From the sequence record PQ351811: DNA of 64,000 nucleotides; one strand, 5' to 3'. Position numbers and translations under genes: made by a program. The DNA comes from Shigella phage SSG23. Numbering within the stretch: position 1 is the first letter of the stretch; each line of letters begins with the position of its first letter. A model generated the notes under the pieces. The model did not search any database and was not told where the DNA came from. It worked only from the letters and a program-made list of their open reading frames with translations. This document shows, one piece after another, positions 32,933-41,387 of the stretch.

Positions 32933-32961
32933 TTGACACCAAATCGTGCCTATAGCATAAT
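32933..32961 (+). promoter_or_regulatory. early promoter cassette P3
   Basis: GTTGTTGACA, 17 bp spacer, CATAAT, then CACCCATCGAAACGAAACAC leader and GGAGAATCAAATTATG. Confidence 0.65.
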
Positions 32962-33007
32962 ACACCCATCGAAACGAAACACACTTTCTTAAACGGAGAA
33001 TCAAATT

Positions 33008-33193
33008 ATGGCACGTCGCATCACTAAAGCACTGAAAGCAGTAAGCAAAGAAAACGTAGTAGCTATTCTGGTAATCTGGGGTTATAACGAAGAATCCGCT
33101 AAACAGAAAGTTGAAGCGGGGTTTGAACTGGCAGTAAAAGCAATGCCGAATGATGACTCTGTAGGGCTGGCAAATTATATCGCATATTTCTGA
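33008..33193 (+). CDS. hypothetical protein
   Basis: 61 aa ORF immediately after promoter-leader cassette. Confidence 0.55.
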   Translation: MARRITKALKAVSKENVVAILVIWGYNEESAKQKVEAGFELAVKAMPNDDSVGLANYIAYF

Positions 33194-33201
33194 TAAAAGT
33201 G

Positions 33202-33231
33202 TTGACAGGGGGAGGATAACTCCCCTACAAT
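33202..33231 (+). promoter_or_regulatory. early promoter cassette P4 with palindromic spacer
   Basis: TTGACA, GGGGGAGGATAACTCCCC palindrome, TACAAT, then CATCAACGAAACGGGAGAATCAAAATG. Confidence 0.6.
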
Positions 33232-33260
33232 ACAACCATCAACGAAACGGGAGAATCAAA

Positions 33261-33482
33261 ATGATCAACTTTAAAGAAGCAGCGAAAGAAATTATCGACT
33301 TTGAGCGCGAATTGTTTGAAATGGAACCAAATATGAGCAAACTGGAACTGGCTAACCAGATCTGGTACTCTAAAATGAATCCATCTGATCGCCTAGAAGT
33401 TATGAACATTGTAGGCGAAGTGAAAGGTAGTGCACTAATGAAACTCCGCGCTTGCCACGCTTACATCGCTGATCAACTGTAA
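33261..33482 (+). CDS. hypothetical protein
   Basis: 73 aa ORF after promoter cassette. Confidence 0.55.
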   Translation: MINFKEAAKEIIDFERELFEMEPNMSKLELANQIWYSKMNPSDRLEVMNIVGEVKGSALMKLRACHAYIADQL

Positions 33483-33493
33483 GAGGGTATATT

Positions 33494-33682
33494 ATGGGGG
33501 AGAAACCATTAGTACAACTAAGAGTACGCTATAACCAGATTTTAGCATTACTTAAGGCTGAGGGTGTAGATCCATCGGACCGCGAGGCTGTAAAAGCGTG
33601 TCTATCTGATACGGTACAACCAAAACAAAACTATGCTTGTTATATGTACTTTCAAAATCGATTGAATAACGTTAAGTGTTGA
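33494..33682 (+). CDS. hypothetical protein
   Basis: 62 aa ORF with RBS. Confidence 0.5.
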   Translation: MGEKPLVQLRVRYNQILALLKAEGVDPSDREAVKACLSDTVQPKQNYACYMYFQNRLNNVKC

Positions 33683-33691
33683 GGTGATACT

Positions 33692-33880
33692 ATGGAAGAC
33701 AAAATTGAACAATTACGCGAATCCGCTAAAGAGCATGGTATGAGCGAAGAGTTTGTAGAATGGTTTATTTCTAAAAAGGCTGATTCCTGCGGGTGCTTTA
33801 ACTTCATTACTATGTCCATTATGTGGGAAGGTTGGAAAGGTGCAGTAGAAACTGCTCTAGAAATTATGAAAAAAGACTAA
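33692..33880 (+). CDS. hypothetical protein
   Basis: 62 aa ORF with RBS. Confidence 0.5.
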   Translation: MEDKIEQLRESAKEHGMSEEFVEWFISKKADSCGCFNFITMSIMWEGWKGAVETALEIMKKD

Positions 33881-33888
33881 AAAAGTTG

Positions 33889-33917
33889 TTGACAATGGGT
33901 CGGGTGTATAGCATAAT
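33889..33917 (+). promoter_or_regulatory. early promoter cassette P5
   Basis: GTTGTTGACA, 17 bp spacer, CATAAT inside GGGTGTAT/ATACACCC inverted repeat, then CATCGAAACGAAACAC leader. Confidence 0.65.
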
Positions 33918-33959
33918 ACACCCATCGAAACGAAACACGAACTACTAAGGAGTATCAAA

Positions 33960-34286
33960 ATGAAACCAGTATCTGTTAAAGTTATCTTCTCTGAATCTTC
34001 TGTATTCGCTAACGCAAACGAAGTATTCCACTTCGAAGACTTCGAGCGTAAAGCACTGGACGCGGCAGCAAAAGCCTATGAAAGCGAATATGACAAAACT
34101 CAAATCGAGGTTACATTCGAAGACGGCACTACTTACGCTTGCCGCCTTGACCTGGGTGATCGTCTGTCTGGCTTCCGTCACCATGTAGAGAAGACAATCG
34201 CTTTCTCTAAAACCGAAAAAGGAAAACACTACTTTTCTGTATTCGGTACTGAAAATCTGGATTTCTTGAAAACGGTTTCTTTCTAA
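33960..34286 (+). CDS. hypothetical protein
   Basis: 108 aa ORF after promoter cassette. Confidence 0.55.
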   Translation: MKPVSVKVIFSESSVFANANEVFHFEDFERKALDAAAKAYESEYDKTQIEVTFEDGTTYACRLDLGDRLSGFRHHVEKTIAFSKTEKGKHYFSVFGTENLDFLKTVSF

Positions 34287-34294
34287 GGTATATT

Positions 34295-34477
34295 ATGAAA
34301 AAGATTAATTGGTTAGCGAACATAGGCGCGGTATGCGCCTTTAACATCCTCGGATGGATAATGTTACATTTTGATGATCGCGTTTCAAAATGTGAAGGTG
34401 GATTGATTCTAGGATCTGCTAGTGTTTTCATTATGCTGTATGCAATTATAGTTGACTTAAACCGCGAGGATTGTTAA
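34295..34477 (+). CDS. small membrane protein
   Basis: 60 aa, hydrophobic. Confidence 0.5.
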   Translation: MKKINWLANIGAVCAFNILGWIMLHFDDRVSKCEGGLILGSASVFIMLYAIIVDLNREDC

Positions 34478-34478
34478 T

Positions 34479-34679
34479 ATGAAAATTAATAATAGTGCCA
34501 TCAGATTTTCGAGCGTATATGCTAGTTTCATTGCGCTGGTCTGTATGTTTGTTTTTATTCCTGTTGTACTTCTTGGATATTGTGATATTGAAGTAGCATT
34601 GATTGCTGGGATCTATATGTGGGTTGCGGTCTTTGTTCTTTCAATTGTAATGTGCAAGATTATTGACTATACTGATTAA
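34479..34679 (+). CDS. small membrane protein
   Basis: 66 aa, two hydrophobic helices. Confidence 0.5.
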   Translation: MKINNSAIRFSSVYASFIALVCMFVFIPVVLLGYCDIEVALIAGIYMWVAVFVLSIVMCKIIDYTD

Positions 34680-34697
34680 CTGTGTGAGGATTATATT

Positions 34698-35018
34698 ATG
34701 AGCAAACTGTTTGAAACTCCGCGCGAAATTCTGATTGATAAACTGAAAGAGCGTGGTTTTAAGATCAAAGATGCAACCAAATACAGCAGAATTGATGAAA
34801 TTAAGTTGCATTCTCTTGATGAACTGGTAGAATATGTTGCGGCAGTGGCTGATCCGCAGTTTGATGTTATTGTAGGTGACGTTGAATATCTCGATAATGT
34901 ATATTCATTCTTCACTTATGGTAAAATTGTGTCTGTGAAAATTTCATTCTGTGAAAATGTGGAGGTACTTGCTAGTGAACCAGAAGAACCAACTAACAAC
35001 GGTCCTACGGCAGCGTAA
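34698..35018 (+). CDS. hypothetical protein
   Basis: 106 aa, after TGTGAGGATTATATTATG translation-initiation motif. Confidence 0.5.
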   Translation: MSKLFETPREILIDKLKERGFKIKDATKYSRIDEIKLHSLDELVEYVAAVADPQFDVIVGDVEYLDNVYSFFTYGKIVSVKISFCENVEVLASEPEEPTNNGPTAA

Positions 35019-35289
35019 CAAGGAAGACCGCCTGATTTATGCGCTGGCTGTTATCCTAGAAAAAGAATTACCGGATCTTGAGGTAGTCTTTACTGACAGA
35101 CCAGTAGGCCAACGTTACGGCGGATATGATAGCCTAGTTTATCCTTCATATAGCCTTGAAATGTGGGTAGAAGATTTTAAAAACCTGGCTGATACATCTA
35201 AACCGCTTTATCTATGGGATGTTGAGTATAATTGCGATCCTAACTGGCCTGGTATTAATGTTTATGCGTCTATGACTTTGAAGGTGTGA
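34951..35289 (+). CDS. hypothetical protein (start uncertain; may begin at GTG near 34975)
   Basis: 112 aa ORF overlapping previous gene; GGAGG RBS upstream of an in-frame GTG. Confidence 0.4.
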   Translation: MKMWRYLLVNQKNQLTTVLRQRNKEDRLIYALAVILEKELPDLEVVFTDRPVGQRYGGYDSLVYPSYSLEMWVEDFKNLADTSKPLYLWDVEYNCDPNWPGINVYASMTLKV

Positions 35290-35291
35290 TA

Positions 35292-35450
35292 ATGATTGAA
35301 CAAATGTTAACTGCAACGGTAATGGCTTTCTGTATGGTTGTTGTTATGATTGCAATGATCCCTAAAGAGAGAATGAGTCTTCTTGTCGCTGTCTGTGTGG
35401 GTGTTGTTTGCGGATGGTTTGGAATCGCTTTAGAACAAGCTCTGCGTTGA
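35292..35450 (+). CDS. small membrane protein (52 aa)
   Basis: Short hydrophobic ORF below track cutoff, starts 2 nt after previous stop. Confidence 0.4.
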   Translation: MIEQMLTATVMAFCMVVVMIAMIPKERMSLLVAVCVGVVCGWFGIALEQALR

Positions 35451-35511
35451 TTAACAAAGCGGGTAGGGGAATGTACTACCCGCACTAAATTAGCTAACTG
35501 GAGGGCTTTCT

Positions 35512-35700
35512 ATGGCGTTTTATCTATGGTTGATTATAGTATGCTTTGTGCTGGGGTTGTGCTTCTATACTGGCGTATTCTGTTTGATTGGCTGGATAAA
35601 CGGAGGATTCTCTAGTATCATTTTGCTTGCCGGATCAATCGCCTCGTTTCTGTTGATATGGCTTTTTTCTTATTTGTTTGGTGAATGGGATTTATTATGA
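35512..35700 (+). CDS. small membrane protein
   Basis: 62 aa, two TM-like helices. Confidence 0.5.
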   Translation: MAFYLWLIIVCFVLGLCFYTGVFCLIGWINGGFSSIILLAGSIASFLLIWLFSYLFGEWDLL

Positions 35701-35876
35701 ACAAATATATGTTTTGGGCGATCCTTGCCTATGTTGTGATTGCGGTAGTCTGGGGACTCTGTGTTATTGTCGCTTCCCTGATCTGGTGGGAATCACTTGG
35801 CGTGGGTTGCTTGATTAGTGGTGCATCCTCTCTTATTATGGGTGTGATTGTTGGGTTTCTTGTGTCGGGGGATTGA
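35685..35876 (+). CDS. small membrane protein
   Basis: 63 aa, hydrophobic, overlapping neighbours. Confidence 0.5.
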   Translation: MGFIMNKYMFWAILAYVVIAVVWGLCVIVASLIWWESLGVGCLISGASSLIMGVIVGFLVSGD

Positions 35877-36094
35877 CAATGGTTTTCTTCGGTCTTATTA
35901 TAATGGTGCTTAATGTCATTTGTGGCGTTGCTATGTTAGCTATGGCCTTTACTGTTCCTATGTCTGTTGATAGCGCCGCATCCGTAGGCGTGTTGGGAAT
36001 TGTAAACCTGTTTACCGCCCTAGCATGTTGGATCACCGGACGAGATGAGGTAATGTATTACTTTTATAAACGTAAACAGAGAAAAGGAAAATAA
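35873..36094 (+). CDS. small membrane protein
   Basis: 73 aa, hydrophobic, basic C-terminus. Confidence 0.5.
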   Translation: MTMVFFGLIIMVLNVICGVAMLAMAFTVPMSVDSAASVGVLGIVNLFTALACWITGRDEVMYYFYKRKQRKGK

Positions 36095-36095
36095 T

Positions 36096-36287
36096 ATGAG
36101 ATTTGCATTTGGTTTTACCGTGATGTTGATTATTGCTCTGAGTATGTGTACCGGAATGCTTGTATTTGGTCTTGCAAACGGATTTAGCATTTATAATGAT
36201 CCGTGGGTTGATTGGGGGATGGTTGCTGTTAATGCGATCCTGATTGGTGCTAATACAAGAACTCTATGCAGGATCACAGGAATCTAA
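36096..36287 (+). CDS. small membrane protein (holin candidate by position)
   Basis: 63 aa hydrophobic protein directly upstream of the endolysin gene. Confidence 0.4.
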   Translation: MRFAFGFTVMLIIALSMCTGMLVFGLANGFSIYNDPWVDWGMVAVNAILIGANTRTLCRITGI

Positions 36288-36315
36288 ATATTATCACTCA
36301 CAAAGGGGGTGAATA

Positions 36316-36705
36316 ATGTTTAAATTATCTAAAAGAAGCAAAGATCGGCTTGTTGGCGTACATCCAGACCTGGTAAAAGTCGTTCATCGTGCATTAGAAC
36401 TGACTCCGGTCGATTTTGGTATTACGGAAGGTGTGCGTAGTCTAGAAACGCAAAAGAAATATGTTGCGGAAGGTAAATCTAAGACTATGAAATCTCGTCA
36501 TCTTCACGGTTTCGCGGTTGACGTTGTAGCGTATCCTAAAGATAAGGATACATGGAACATGAAATATTACCGCATGATCGCTGATGCATTTAAACAAGCT
36601 GGTCGAGAATTGGGTGTTCCTGTTGAATGGGGTGGAGATTGGACCAGTTTCAAAGATGGTCCTCATCTACAATTGCCACACAGCAAATACCCAGATCCAA
36701 AATAA
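36316..36705 (+). CDS. endolysin, peptidase M15 (L-alanyl-D-glutamate peptidase / VanY-like)
   Basis: 129 aa; SRHLHGFAVDV and DGPHLQL motifs typical of zinc D,D/L,D-peptidase M15 fold; no signal peptide. Confidence 0.75.
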   Translation: MFKLSKRSKDRLVGVHPDLVKVVHRALELTPVDFGITEGVRSLETQKKYVAEGKSKTMKSRHLHGFAVDVVAYPKDKDTWNMKYYRMIADAFKQAGRELGVPVEWGGDWTSFKDGPHLQLPHSKYPDPK

Positions 36706-36767
36706 AATATTAACCATCAACGGGGAGACAATCTAAGGATCTCTCCCCGTTCACTGGAGACTTTACC

Positions 36768-37253
36768 ATGAATATTGATGTAAAATTAGAAAGTAAAGAT
36801 TTGATTTATGCTGCGTGTGTATCTGCCGTAAATGGCATCATAGAACGCCGTAAGCGACGCAATTTTGCTGATGACCTAGATTCCATAGTCTCAATCAATT
36901 TAGGCCGTCAGACAGGGCATACAGACGCTACAATCAAGTTATATGACCATTATACGCGAAAAGGCTATAGTGTCTTTATCGTTTCAACGACGCGGGAACA
37001 TGCCAAAACGATCCGAGATCGCGGTCGCGGTGAAAATGTCAACATTTCAAATGTAGATTGCACGTCGATCCGAACTTTCCTGAATCCGATCACTTGGCGA
37101 GGTCGTAGTCTTGACAAAACAATTTTTATCCTAGATACTACCATGCGCGGATTTACTGACAGCGTATTGCAGTTTTTAGAGTTAAATCGACTTAGTGTTG
37201 GGATGGGTAATGTAGAAGACCAACCTATTTTCATTGGCTTAGGTATCAACTAA
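36768..37253 (+). CDS. hypothetical protein
   Basis: 161 aa ORF with GGAG RBS. Confidence 0.5.
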   Translation: MNIDVKLESKDLIYAACVSAVNGIIERRKRRNFADDLDSIVSINLGRQTGHTDATIKLYDHYTRKGYSVFIVSTTREHAKTIRDRGRGENVNISNVDCTSIRTFLNPITWRGRSLDKTIFILDTTMRGFTDSVLQFLELNRLSVGMGNVEDQPIFIGLGIN

Positions 37254-37378
37254 TGAAAAATAAAGATAGCGTAGCTCGTCGATTCCGTGCTACAATCAAT
37301 AAGAATCGTAAAGTCCAACCTGATAAACTCTATGGGGTTTTGGTTGGAAAAGTTAATGACGAACGTCCTGATCTATAA
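37253..37378 (+). CDS. possible small basic protein (41 aa)
   Basis: Short ORF in the gap before GrcA, start overlapping previous stop (TAATG); unsupported otherwise. Confidence 0.25.
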   Translation: MKNKDSVARRFRATINKNRKVQPDKLYGVLVGKVNDERPDL

Positions 37379-37390
37379 AAGAGGTGAATT

Positions 37391-37807
37391 ATGGAATTTA
37401 AAGCAATTCAAATCATGAAAGGTGAGCATAAAGGTACTATTATTGGTGGACACTTCGCGCCTATGATTCTGGTATCCGAACCGAAAGCACTGATCGGCGC
37501 TAAAGTAATTGTTAGTAAAACTTTCGCAGAAGACCATGTGATCACCGCAGAAGACGTCGATTCGCTGGAACTGCACACAACTAGCTTCCGTCCTGTTGTT
37601 GTAGATAATGGTGCTCCGGTTGTCGAAGGTGGTCAACACCTAAATGTTAACGTATTGTTACGAGAAATGTTGCTGGACGCGGTTGAACATCCTGAGAAGT
37701 ACCCGCAGCTTACAATTCGCGTTTCTGGTTACGCAGTGCGCTTCAATAGTCTGACTCCAGACCAGCAGCGTGACGTGATCGCGCGTACCTTTACCGAATC
37801 TCTCTAA
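37391..37807 (+). CDS. grcA: autonomous glycyl radical cofactor GrcA (YfiD-like)
   Basis: 138 aa; C-terminal [12 protein letters not shown]...[35 protein letters not shown], glycyl-radical motif RVSGY; as I recall it, near-identical to E. coli GrcA. Confidence 0.9.
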   Translation: MEFKAIQIMKGEHKGTIIGGHFAPMILVSEPKALIGAKVIVSKTFAEDHVITAEDVDSLELHTTSFRPVVVDNGAPVVEGGQHLNVNVLLREMLLDAVEHPEKYPQLTIRVSGYAVRFNSLTPDQQRDVIARTFTESL

Positions 37808-37817
37808 TTTTTCATCA

Positions 37818-37849
37818 AGCCAATCCGAAAAGGGTTGGCTTTTTCTTTA
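37818..37849 (+). terminator. rho-independent terminator
   Basis: Hairpin AAGCCAATCCGAAAAGGGTTGGCTT followed by TTTTCTTTAT. Confidence 0.75.
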
Positions 37850-37893
37850 TAGTGTGATACGATGCAATCTCTTAATCAACTGAGGGTTTAATT

Positions 37894-38592
37894 ATGCATA
37901 CAATGGTTAAAATGGTCTTTGGATCTCACTTATACGGCCTTGATACTGAAAATTCCGATAAAGATTATCGTGGTATCTTTGTTCCAACTGCGAAAGAAAT
38001 TATCTTAGGATCGATGAAAGAACACTATGACCAAAGCACTAGCGGTCAAGGTATCAAGAACACCAAAGACGATATTGATGTTAATATGTTCAGTCTAAAA
38101 AGGTTTATCAACCTGGCATGTAAAGGTGATATTGGCGCTATTGACATTGTGCACGCGCCTAGTAACATGTTGATTGAATCCTCCAGAGAATGGGAATACA
38201 TCCGAACACATCGCGATAAATTCTATCATGTTGGTATGTGGGGTTGTTCTGGCTATCTCAAAAAGCAGGTAGCCAAATCTGAAAAGTATTTCAGTAACTG
38301 GAAAGATCTTTCTCATGCTCTGCGTGTTGGTTATCAGCTACTTGAAATCTATCAGACAGGTGATCTACAATTCCCACTCGCTCGACGTTCTTCTATTTTA
38401 GCGTGTAAGTTAGGAGAAAGAACCTTTGATAATGTGCGGGAAGAATTGAAAGATCTCTACGAACGTGTTAAACTCGCGCGTGAAGAGGCAAAGAAAAACG
38501 GGATGCCAGAAGAACCAGATGTTGACTTTTGGAAAGATTTATTAGAATATATTCATCTGACCGTTGTTCTTGAACACTATACCCGTGGTTAG
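37894..38592 (+). CDS. pol-beta superfamily nucleotidyltransferase-like protein
   Basis: 232 aa; N-terminal GSHLYGLDTENSDKD fits the GS-x(9-13)-D-x-D nucleotidyltransferase signature. Confidence 0.55.
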   Translation: MHTMVKMVFGSHLYGLDTENSDKDYRGIFVPTAKEIILGSMKEHYDQSTSGQGIKNTKDDIDVNMFSLKRFINLACKGDIGAIDIVHAPSNMLIESSREWEYIRTHRDKFYHVGMWGCSGYLKKQVAKSEKYFSNWKDLSHALRVGYQLLEIYQTGDLQFPLARRSSILACKLGERTFDNVREELKDLYERVKLAREEAKKNGMPEEPDVDFWKDLLEYIHLTVVLEHYTRG

Positions 38593-38613
38593 TTAATATA
38601 GGAGATTAATAAA

Positions 38614-38808
38614 ATGCAAGTTTATACCAATAGCAATAAAGGACAAGATATTACGCCCGGAAAGATGTATGATTTTACCCCGGCACGAGACGACGAAAAT
38701 CCACCGACAATCGGTTACATCAAAGATGATATAGGTTATCGTATTACGATACTTCTTGATGGTGGATGTTCTCATCTTCGCGGTGATAAATGGGAGTTAG
38801 TACCATGA
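38614..38808 (+). CDS. hypothetical protein, YGYIKDD paralog 1
   Basis: 64 aa; shares TPxKxYxFTP...GYIKDD...CSHL motif with next two ORFs. Confidence 0.5.
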   Translation: MQVYTNSNKGQDITPGKMYDFTPARDDENPPTIGYIKDDIGYRITILLDGGCSHLRGDKWELVP

Positions 38809-39050
38809 TGTATGTTATGACACCTTATAGTAGTAGATCTTACATCACCCCAAATAAACTGTATAAGTTTACGCCAGATGAAAGAATGTCTACCTACGGT
38901 TACATCAAAGATGATAAAGGATACGAACTTTTTATTTCTCTGAAAAGTTGTGCATACCTTGATGACCGTCCGTGGACACTGATCGAAAAACCAAAACAAC
39001 CTGAGAATAAAGGTCTTTGGAATGTGCTAAAAAAATTCTTGAAAAAGTAG
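38805..39050 (+). CDS. hypothetical protein, YGYIKDD paralog 2
   Basis: ORF 38790-39050 trimmed to ATG overlapping previous stop (ATGA). Confidence 0.5.
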   Translation: MMYVMTPYSSRSYITPNKLYKFTPDERMSTYGYIKDDKGYELFISLKSCAYLDDRPWTLIEKPKQPENKGLWNVLKKFLKK

Positions 39051-39079
39051 TTGACAGCATGAAACGGGGGTAGTAATAT
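39051..39079 (+). promoter_or_regulatory. early promoter cassette P6 with palindromic spacer
   Basis: TTGACA, spacer with GGGGGTA/TACCCCC palindrome, TAATAT, then CATCGAAACAACAACGGAGTATTAAAATG. Confidence 0.6.
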
Positions 39080-39110
39080 ACCCCCATCGAAACAACAACG
39101 GAGTATTAAA

Positions 39111-39449
39111 ATGAGTGTTAAAGAAGTGTTTGTTTATACCGACTATGACGGGTGCGCCTATATCACCGCCGGAAAACTTTACCGATGTGAAATTATTCAT
39201 GGTACATTAGGTCGAATTATGTGCGATCCGGTTACAAAATTGTGGAAAAGCAATCCTAGTGAGCGAGAAACTCTTATTAACCTAGATCCAGACGGTTGTT
39301 CACATTTGGACTATAGAAAATGGCATATCGTGACACATGATGCTTATGGTATTCATCTTGCTACTAAAGAATTAACTATAGAGAAATTCAAGTTTAAAGA
39401 AATCCCGTTTGTATACTGGCTTCGCAATTTGTTCAAGAAAGGAGAATAA
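39111..39449 (+). CDS. hypothetical protein, YGYIKDD paralog 3
   Basis: 112 aa; AGKLYRCE...DPDGCSHLDYRKWHIV resembles the preceding two ORFs. Confidence 0.5.
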   Translation: MSVKEVFVYTDYDGCAYITAGKLYRCEIIHGTLGRIMCDPVTKLWKSNPSERETLINLDPDGCSHLDYRKWHIVTHDAYGIHLATKELTIEKFKFKEIPFVYWLRNLFKKGE

Positions 39450-39450
39450 A

Positions 39451-39873
39451 ATGGAAACAATTAATGTACATGTTCGTCGTAGCAAGCTGCGTCGATTCTT
39501 CGAAACTGAAATGCGCAAAACTAATGCACAGATCAAAGAAAAGTGCTTGAATGATGGTTACGGTGAGTATATTTTCATTCGCTTTAGTCCGCATATGATC
39601 GACCGTCTAACCGATCGTCATATCGATGAACATAAGACAATGGAACTATTCAATAAGGTAGAAACTCGTTTACCTGAGATCTTCAAGTTCTTGAAAATGG
39701 AAGACCGACCTAACCGACTAGAAATCACTGACGGTAACATGTGGATCGGGATGACAGTAGATCTAATCGAAGACGGTAAACCGTATTACGGGCTATGCTG
39801 CCGAATGATTATAGAGAATCCAAAGCGACTGGCGGGTAAAATGTCGGCGGTTGTTTTGAAAGTGGACCAATAA
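39451..39873 (+). CDS. hypothetical protein
   Basis: ORF 39409-39873 trimmed to ATG after AAGGAGAATAAA RBS. Confidence 0.5.
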   Translation: METINVHVRRSKLRRFFETEMRKTNAQIKEKCLNDGYGEYIFIRFSPHMIDRLTDRHIDEHKTMELFNKVETRLPEIFKFLKMEDRPNRLEITDGNMWIGMTVDLIEDGKPYYGLCCRMIIENPKRLAGKMSAVVLKVDQ

Positions 39874-39895
39874 TGGAAATTGGTTAAATTAATGC

Positions 39896-39923
39896 TTGAC
39901 TTTCTGGTGATAGGGCTATATTA
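39896..39923 (+). promoter_or_regulatory. possible promoter (TGCTTGACT ... TATATT)
   Basis: TTGACT with a 15-16 bp spacer to TATATT upstream of the secreted SLT-like gene; spacing suboptimal. Confidence 0.35.
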
Positions 39924-39958
39924 TGGAATCAGAAAGTTAAGCCAAACAGGAGAAATTG

Positions 39959-40549
39959 ATGTTAAAAGTTCTAAAAGCGATAGTATTGAGTCTGTCACTA
40001 GCCGTTGGTGCTACACACGCATCGACTAGCGCACCGATCAAAAAAGCGCCGATAGACAACTTTACAGCACACCAACTAGATAATTTACATTTCGCCTATC
40101 AATACGGTGAGCAATTCGAGAAAAGCGGTAAGTTGAAAAATGACCATCCGAATATTCGCTATAACGGAAAGGGTTTAGGTCACATCCTGGCGGGTATCGC
40201 ATGGCAAGAATCAAGCGCGGGTGCAAACTTAGCACCAAAGAAAAATCATCATGCTTATGGATTATTTCAAAATTACCTTAAAACGGTGAAAGCGAAAAAT
40301 GCAAAGCGCGGTGTTAAAATGAGTGATCGCCAGACTATCAACTTTATCATGAATCGCGAGGTTTCTGCATTCTACGCGATGGATGAGTTAGCATACTGGC
40401 TGGATGTTCGAAACGGTAATATTCGACTCGCGCTAGCTTCTTACAATGCAGGATGGAACTATAAAGCCGGGTTAGGTTATGCTGATGACGTACTAAAAAA
40501 GGCTAACCATCTAAAGAGTAAAGGCATTCTTAAAACTAAACGCTATTGA
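39959..40549 (+). CDS. secreted lytic transglycosylase-like protein (SLT domain)
   Basis: N-terminal signal peptide (LSLAVGATHA); AWQESS...GLFQ resembles the SLT catalytic ES...GLMQ motif. Confidence 0.55.
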   Translation: MLKVLKAIVLSLSLAVGATHASTSAPIKKAPIDNFTAHQLDNLHFAYQYGEQFEKSGKLKNDHPNIRYNGKGLGHILAGIAWQESSAGANLAPKKNHHAYGLFQNYLKTVKAKNAKRGVKMSDRQTINFIMNREVSAFYAMDELAYWLDVRNGNIRLALASYNAGWNYKAGLGYADDVLKKANHLKSKGILKTKRY

Positions 40550-40556
40550 GGAATCT

Positions 40557-40916
40557 ATGAAAAAGTTGACAGTAATTGCTATGATTGCTATGATGCTCTC
40601 GGCTGGTGCGCTTGCTAGTAATGAGCGCCCTTATCCAAAGTTCGAATACAAAGGGTTTGAGATCAACAAAAAGATCATTAAAACCTTCTGTGATAATGAT
40701 AACATGTGTAGCGATTTTATCGCACTTGAACTTGACGAAGCGTACAAACAAGGTCGAGACGAAAAACGAAAAAATCGAGCGTGGGATCTAAGTATTGCCA
40801 GCTTTGCTAAAACAAAACGTAACTTGTGTGATACTGCCCCGGATAAGCAATTGTGTTTTGCATATCGTGACACACTGTTAAGCCGTTTTATGGCTGGGTT
40901 GTCTTCCCGTGACTAA
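40557..40916 (+). CDS. secreted hypothetical protein
   Basis: 119 aa with N-terminal signal peptide (MKKLTVIAMIAMMLSAGALA), Cys-containing. Confidence 0.5.
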   Translation: MKKLTVIAMIAMMLSAGALASNERPYPKFEYKGFEINKKIIKTFCDNDNMCSDFIALELDEAYKQGRDEKRKNRAWDLSIASFAKTKRNLCDTAPDKQLCFAYRDTLLSRFMAGLSSRD

Positions 40917-40931
40917 TTAGAGGTTTATATT

Positions 40932-41387
40932 ATGATTATTGATACTGTAAAGGGCGATCTCATCGCCCTGTTTAAACAAGGAAACGGTCATTTAATTCAT
41001 GGTTGTAATTGTTTTCATACTATGGGCGCTGGTATTGCTGCGGATATCGCAAAAGAGTTCCCGCAAGCGTTAGAGATTGACAAGCAAACTTCTCGCGGTA
41101 AGGTAGAAAAGCTGGGTGGGTTTAGTGTCTGGACGCATCAAGTTAATGGTTATAACTGGTGTGGGGTGAATCTCTATACCCAATTCCGACCGGGTCCAAA
41201 TGCTGAATATAGTGCTATCCTGAAAGGATTTGAGTCTCTCAATGATGTTTTTGAAGGTGCTATACAGCCTTTCTATATTCCTAAAATCGGTTGCGGTATC
41301 GGTGGCCTTGAGTGGGAATGCGTAGAAGAAATCATTAATATTGCTACTCCAGATATCAATATTGTGGTGGTTGAATATGGCAAATAA
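40932..41387 (+). CDS. macro domain protein (ADP-ribose binding/processing)
   Basis: 151 aa; HGCNCFHTMGAGIA and KIGCGIGGL glycine-rich motifs characteristic of macro domains. Confidence 0.65.
   Translation: MIIDTVKGDLIALFKQGNGHLIHGCNCFHTMGAGIAADIAKEFPQALEIDKQTSRGKVEKLGGFSVWTHQVNGYNWCGVNLYTQFRPGPNAEYSAILKGFESLNDVFEGAIQPFYIPKIGCGIGGLEWECVEEIINIATPDINIVVVEYGK

Noticed and set aside
32903-33235. 110 aa minus-strand ORF
   Set aside because: Overlaps a terminator, promoter cassette P3 and the 33008-33193 gene on the opposite strand; no RBS; inconsistent with the strand bias of this region.
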